Assembly: GCA_963665295.1 (NCBI GenBank)
Contig: OY762209.1
Coordinates: forward strand, 5,312,001-5,376,000
DNA: 64,000 bases
Reading direction: 5' to 3'
Source of the DNA: Syntrophorhabdaceae bacterium
GTDB lineage: Bacteria > Desulfobacterota > Syntrophorhabdia > Syntrophorhabdales > Syntrophorhabdaceae
A model generated the notes under the pieces. It made no database searches. It was given only the letters and a program-made list of their open reading frames with translations, and was not told the DNA's origin. Both the position numbers and the translations under genes were made by a program. Shown in pieces: positions 61,476-64,000 of this stretch (position 1 is its first letter; each line of letters opens with the position of its first letter).

Positions 61476-62024
61476 TCACGGACTTGTTGAGACCTGCGCC
61501 TCGGCATCGAGCATCGTCGCGATAAAACGGCAGGTGCGGTCTCCGGTACACCAACAGTCCACCTCTTTGACCTCGAACCGTTTCCCGGAAAATCTTTCCA
61601 GCAACCCCGCAATGAAACCTTCATCGTATACGCAGATCTCATAGTCGAGTTCGGGAAGGCCGGAACATTCGAGGTCCTCCGAAACGGTAAATACAAAGGA
61701 ACCTCGCACAGGGTCCGATTGTTCGATACGGAGTATGCCGATGGCCATTTCCCTGAAAACCCTCTGCAGTTCGCTCAGAAACGTGGGGAGGTCCGTGATG
61801 CCGCCCAGGATGTTCTCACAGAATTCCATGCCTGAAAGCTTACCCGCTTCATAAAAGATCCGGTCCGTCTTCTCGGCGCCGAAGTGCTGTTCCATTACAT
61901 CCCTGAAGGAAAACTGCATCAGCCTGTATATTTCGAGCCTTGTATCTTTTCCGAGGTTCGGGCGTCCCGATTCAAGATCCCCCAGAAGCCCCCATGAAAA
62001 TTGATACTTACGGTCCACGTCCAC
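61476..62024 (-). CDS. V4R (4-vinyl reductase) domain protein
   Basis: GRPNLG, EDLECSGLP, CVYDEGFIAG, EVDCWCTGDRTCRF; GTG start after GGAGG. Confidence 0.88.
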   Translation of the reverse strand: MDVDRKYQFSWGLLGDLESGRPNLGKDTRLEIYRLMQFSFRDVMEQHFGAEKTDRIFYEAGKLSGMEFCENILGGITDLPTFLSELQRVFREMAIGILRIEQSDPVRGSFVFTVSEDLECSGLPELDYEICVYDEGFIAGLLERFSGKRFEVKEVDCWCTGDRTCRFIATMLDAEAQVSTSP

Positions 62025-62266
62025 TATGCCTCCAAGTCTGTCGTGCCGGCCGCTCTTCCGGTCCGTCCGGGGATATGCGGTTTCGCCAAAGAACAGTATC
62101 TTATTGTACTCACAATCCATCCTTCATAGCAATCGTGCGAAGACCGGGGCCGTTTCCGGGAAAGTCTTGCGGTCCGCCGGGCTCAATGCTTATATAGACT
62201 GTAAGGAGCGCGGGAGCACCTGCCTCCTATACCCCACAATACACTATAAGACCATTGGGAGGACTT

Positions 62267-62842
62267 ATGAAGACGGACAACGAATTTTCCATTCTCGGGT
62301 TCGCGGGCAGCCTGAGACGGGGTTCTTTTAACAAGGCAATCCTTCGGGCCGCCGTGGAACTGGCCCCGGAAGGGGTGGACCTCGAAATATTCGACCTCGA
62401 AGGCATCCCGCCCTTCAATCAGGACCTTGAGGGTGAGCCGCCTGAAAGGGTAAGGGTATTCAAGGAGAAGATAAGGGCGGCGGACGCAATCCTCATTGCG
62501 ACGCCCGAGTACAATTACTCCATGCCCGGAGTTTTGAAGAACGCCATCGACTGGGCATCCCGCCCTTACGGTGATAACGCCTTCGGGGGCAAGGCGGCGG
62601 CCATAATGGGCGGGTCCATCGGCATGATCGCCACGGCCAGGGCGCAGTACCATCTCCGTCAGTCCATGGTCTTCCTCGACATGCACCCCCTGAACCAGCC
62701 GGAGGTTATGGTGCCCTTCGCGGACAAGAAGGTGGATGAGTCGGGACGCCTTGTCGATGAGGCAACCCGGGAGAAGATAAAGGACCTCATAGCCGCCCTT
62801 CGGCAGTGGGCCGGGAGACTCAAAGCCCGGGCCTCCTCATAA
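62267..62842 (+). CDS. NADPH-dependent FMN reductase (ChrR/YieF-like)
   Basis: GSLRRGSFN, TPEYNYSMPGVLKNAIDW. Confidence 0.92.
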   Translation: MKTDNEFSILGFAGSLRRGSFNKAILRAAVELAPEGVDLEIFDLEGIPPFNQDLEGEPPERVRVFKEKIRAADAILIATPEYNYSMPGVLKNAIDWASRPYGDNAFGGKAAAIMGGSIGMIATARAQYHLRQSMVFLDMHPLNQPEVMVPFADKKVDESGRLVDEATREKIKDLIAALRQWAGRLKARASS

Positions 62843-63008
62843 CGGATTGATTCCAATAGCCCTTCCGGCGTCCGGAACAGCCTCACGGGAGAGACGCCTC
62901 CGACGATGGGGCGCTTTCGCCTTGCCGGAGGGGGAGCGGTTCTGATACAATAGATGAAGCGCCCGGCAAAGATGCCGACGGCTCATCGAAATCACGTAAG
63001 GAGGCTCC

Positions 63009-63446
63009 ATGAAACTTCCGGAATACATCACTGCGGCAGAAGTACGAAGGGTATGCGCGGAACTCGGCATTCGGGACTGGTCGGTCCTCACCACGGTGGA
63101 CGTCCTCCCCGAAGAAGCGGCGAAGATCCTTGCCGAGGTGAATACGGAGAAGATGGGTATCGACCTCGACGAATACCGCGCGGGCCTCAATGTGGAACTC
63201 GAACACGGCACCCGGTTCAAGGACGCCAATGTTACCAACAACCACCCCATAATCACCGGCATGATCGTCCTTGCCCATCTCAAGGAGTCCCTCGACTATT
63301 ACAAGCTCCTCGATGTGGCTGAACTGGAGGGCGATGTTCTCAAAGCCATCGCTTCCGGCGACGCGGCAAAGACAAAAAGGGAGTACCGGAAGCTTGCCGA
63401 GGCAAAAATAGCCCTCGCAAAGGCGGAGATAAAGGCCCTAGGGTAA
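63009..63446 (+). CDS. DUF5661-like protein
   Basis: GLNVELEHG, NVTN, LAHLKE..DYY. Confidence 0.7.
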   Translation: MKLPEYITAAEVRRVCAELGIRDWSVLTTVDVLPEEAAKILAEVNTEKMGIDLDEYRAGLNVELEHGTRFKDANVTNNHPIITGMIVLAHLKESLDYYKLLDVAELEGDVLKAIASGDAAKTKREYRKLAEAKIALAKAEIKALG

Positions 63447-64000
63447 TACCATCTCGATCAGGTGTGGCCCGGGCTCCACAAGAGCCCGCCTGAGTTCCCG
63501 GGCAAGGTCTTCCGCAGTGTCTACCGCCGTGCCCGGCACCCCGAACCCTCCGGCAATCTTCACCCAGTCGATGGACGGGCGGCCGAGGTCTGTAAGGGAG
63601 CGCGCACCGGGGCCCGGAGAGAAAAGGCCCGCGCGCTCGAACTCTACCCTCACGATATTATAGCTTCTGTTTGAGCAGATGAGGGTGGTCACGTCGAGAC
63701 CCTCCCGCGCCTGGGTCCAGAGAGCCTGCACCGTATAGAGGGCACTCCCGTCGGCCTGGAAGTCGATCACGGGCCGGTCCGGGCACGCAAGGGCCGCGCC
63801 TGTAGCCGCAGGTATCCCGTATCCGATGGCGCCTCCCGCGATGGTCATAAGACTCATTCGGGGTAAACCTGCGGTGAGGGGATAGTACCCGAAGACCGTA
63901 GTCAATCCTTCGTCCACGACGATCGCCCCTTCCGGCTGAATTGCCGCAAGGGTGAGACAGGCTTTTTCCGCGGTCAGCCCGCCATGGGGGACGGCAGGCC
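63438..64000 (-). CDS. Thiamine-diphosphate enzyme (acetolactate synthase large subunit-like), C-terminal part
   Basis: GGAIGYGIP, ADGSALYTVQALWT, NRSY; 5' end outside window. Confidence 0.85.
   Translation of the reverse strand, partial: PAVPHGGLTAEKACLTLAAIQPEGAIVVDEGLTTVFGYYPLTAGLPRMSLMTIAGGAIGYGIPAATGAALACPDRPVIDFQADGSALYTVQALWTQAREGLDVTTLICSNRSYNIVRVEFERAGLFSPGPGARSLTDLGRPSIDWVKIAGGFGVPGTAVDTAEDLARELRRALVEPGPHLIEMVLP

Overview
Bacterial chromosomal window with moderately high GC. The gene content (formate dehydrogenase/FdhD/FmdE, several HD-GYP proteins, a hpf-ptsN-hprK-rapZ-PTS-metK cluster, acyl-CoA ligase) resembles an anaerobic Desulfobacterota/Syntrophorhabdus-like organism; this is inference only. 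The main accessory feature is an AT-rich island at 12896-23001. It consists of two different IS1-family cargo-carrying transposons in tandem, bounded and separated by three copies of the same 8-bp target AAAGACTT. The last copy overlaps the -35 box of a complete V/A-type ATP synthase operon. Both elements share one plan: left TIR, small basic KGG-motif protein, reverse-strand cargo, apparently leaderless single-ORF DDE transposase, more cargo, right TIR. Cargo comprises a P63C protein, a HEPN-like unknown, a Clp-fold protease with a small peptide, and a Panacea toxin-antitoxin pair. The toxin is split by an IS3-like element that itself contains an IS1634. The second highlight is a yybP-ykoY (Mn2+) riboswitch with terminator heading a small leader ORF, a heavy-metal RND efflux system (TolC/MFP/CzcA-like) and a PII-like gene. 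No CRISPR array, rRNA or tRNA was seen.
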